Shown here piece after piece: positions 63,862-64,000 of a stretch of 64,000 nt of DNA. The DNA comes from Octopus bimaculoides (Eukaryota). The first letter of the stretch is position 1, and every line of letters begins with the position of its first letter. Under the pieces are notes generated by a model. It had not been told where the DNA came from. It did not search any database and worked only from the letters and a program-made list of their open reading frames with translations. The stretch covers positions 8,663,334-8,727,333 of the forward strand of contig NC_069004.1 of the NCBI RefSeq assembly GCF_001194135.2, in the 5' to 3' direction. The translations under genes were made by a program, and so were the position numbers.

Positions 63862-64000
63862 CATCATCATCATCATCATCAATATTCTGTGCATCTACTT
63901 TCCAGCTGGCATGGTCTGGACAGTTTGTTTATGAAAATACTATTTATGTAGTATTAAAGCAGTTTAAGTATATATTAAATGAATTTGACTGAAATTGATG

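Overview
Eukaryotic, AT-rich, microsatellite-saturated scaffold with many N gaps. The repeat content suggests a coleoid cephalopod, probably Octopus (inference). One gene dominates: the 5' part of a fibrillin on the minus strand. I resolved 25 coding exons by hand (28503 down to 1928, about 3.2 kb CDS, about 1070 codons). They splice in frame in vertebrate fibrillin order: 4-Cys motif, EGF, hybrid 1, cbEGF1-2, TB1, EGF4, cbEGF3-6, TB2, cbEGF7-9, hybrid 2, cbEGF10, TB3, cbEGF11-15. The gene continues beyond position 1. Three further candidate 5' exons (48834-~49260, 42505-42585, 33747-33795) give an in-frame signal-peptide-like start under a CpG-rich, ETS-motif promoter-like region. Notable gene features are the apparent absence of EGF1/EGF2 and of the Pro/Gly-rich region, a GC-AG intron, a D-to-G change in cbEGF7, and the conserved extra Cys of hybrid 1. 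Introns and upstream DNA carry tRNA-derived SINEs, RTE and RLE (R4/Dong-like) LINE remnants, TTAA piggyBac-type MITEs, palindromes and minisatellites. The most unusual element is a short tRNA-headed repeat whose tail carries a Penelope-type hammerhead ribozyme motif and which has an inverted copy of its tail at its 5' end in both copies. A perfect 21-bp intronic hairpin is a pre-miRNA-sized candidate. Human FBN1/LTBP comparisons are from memory and no database search was run. Repeat boundaries are approximate.
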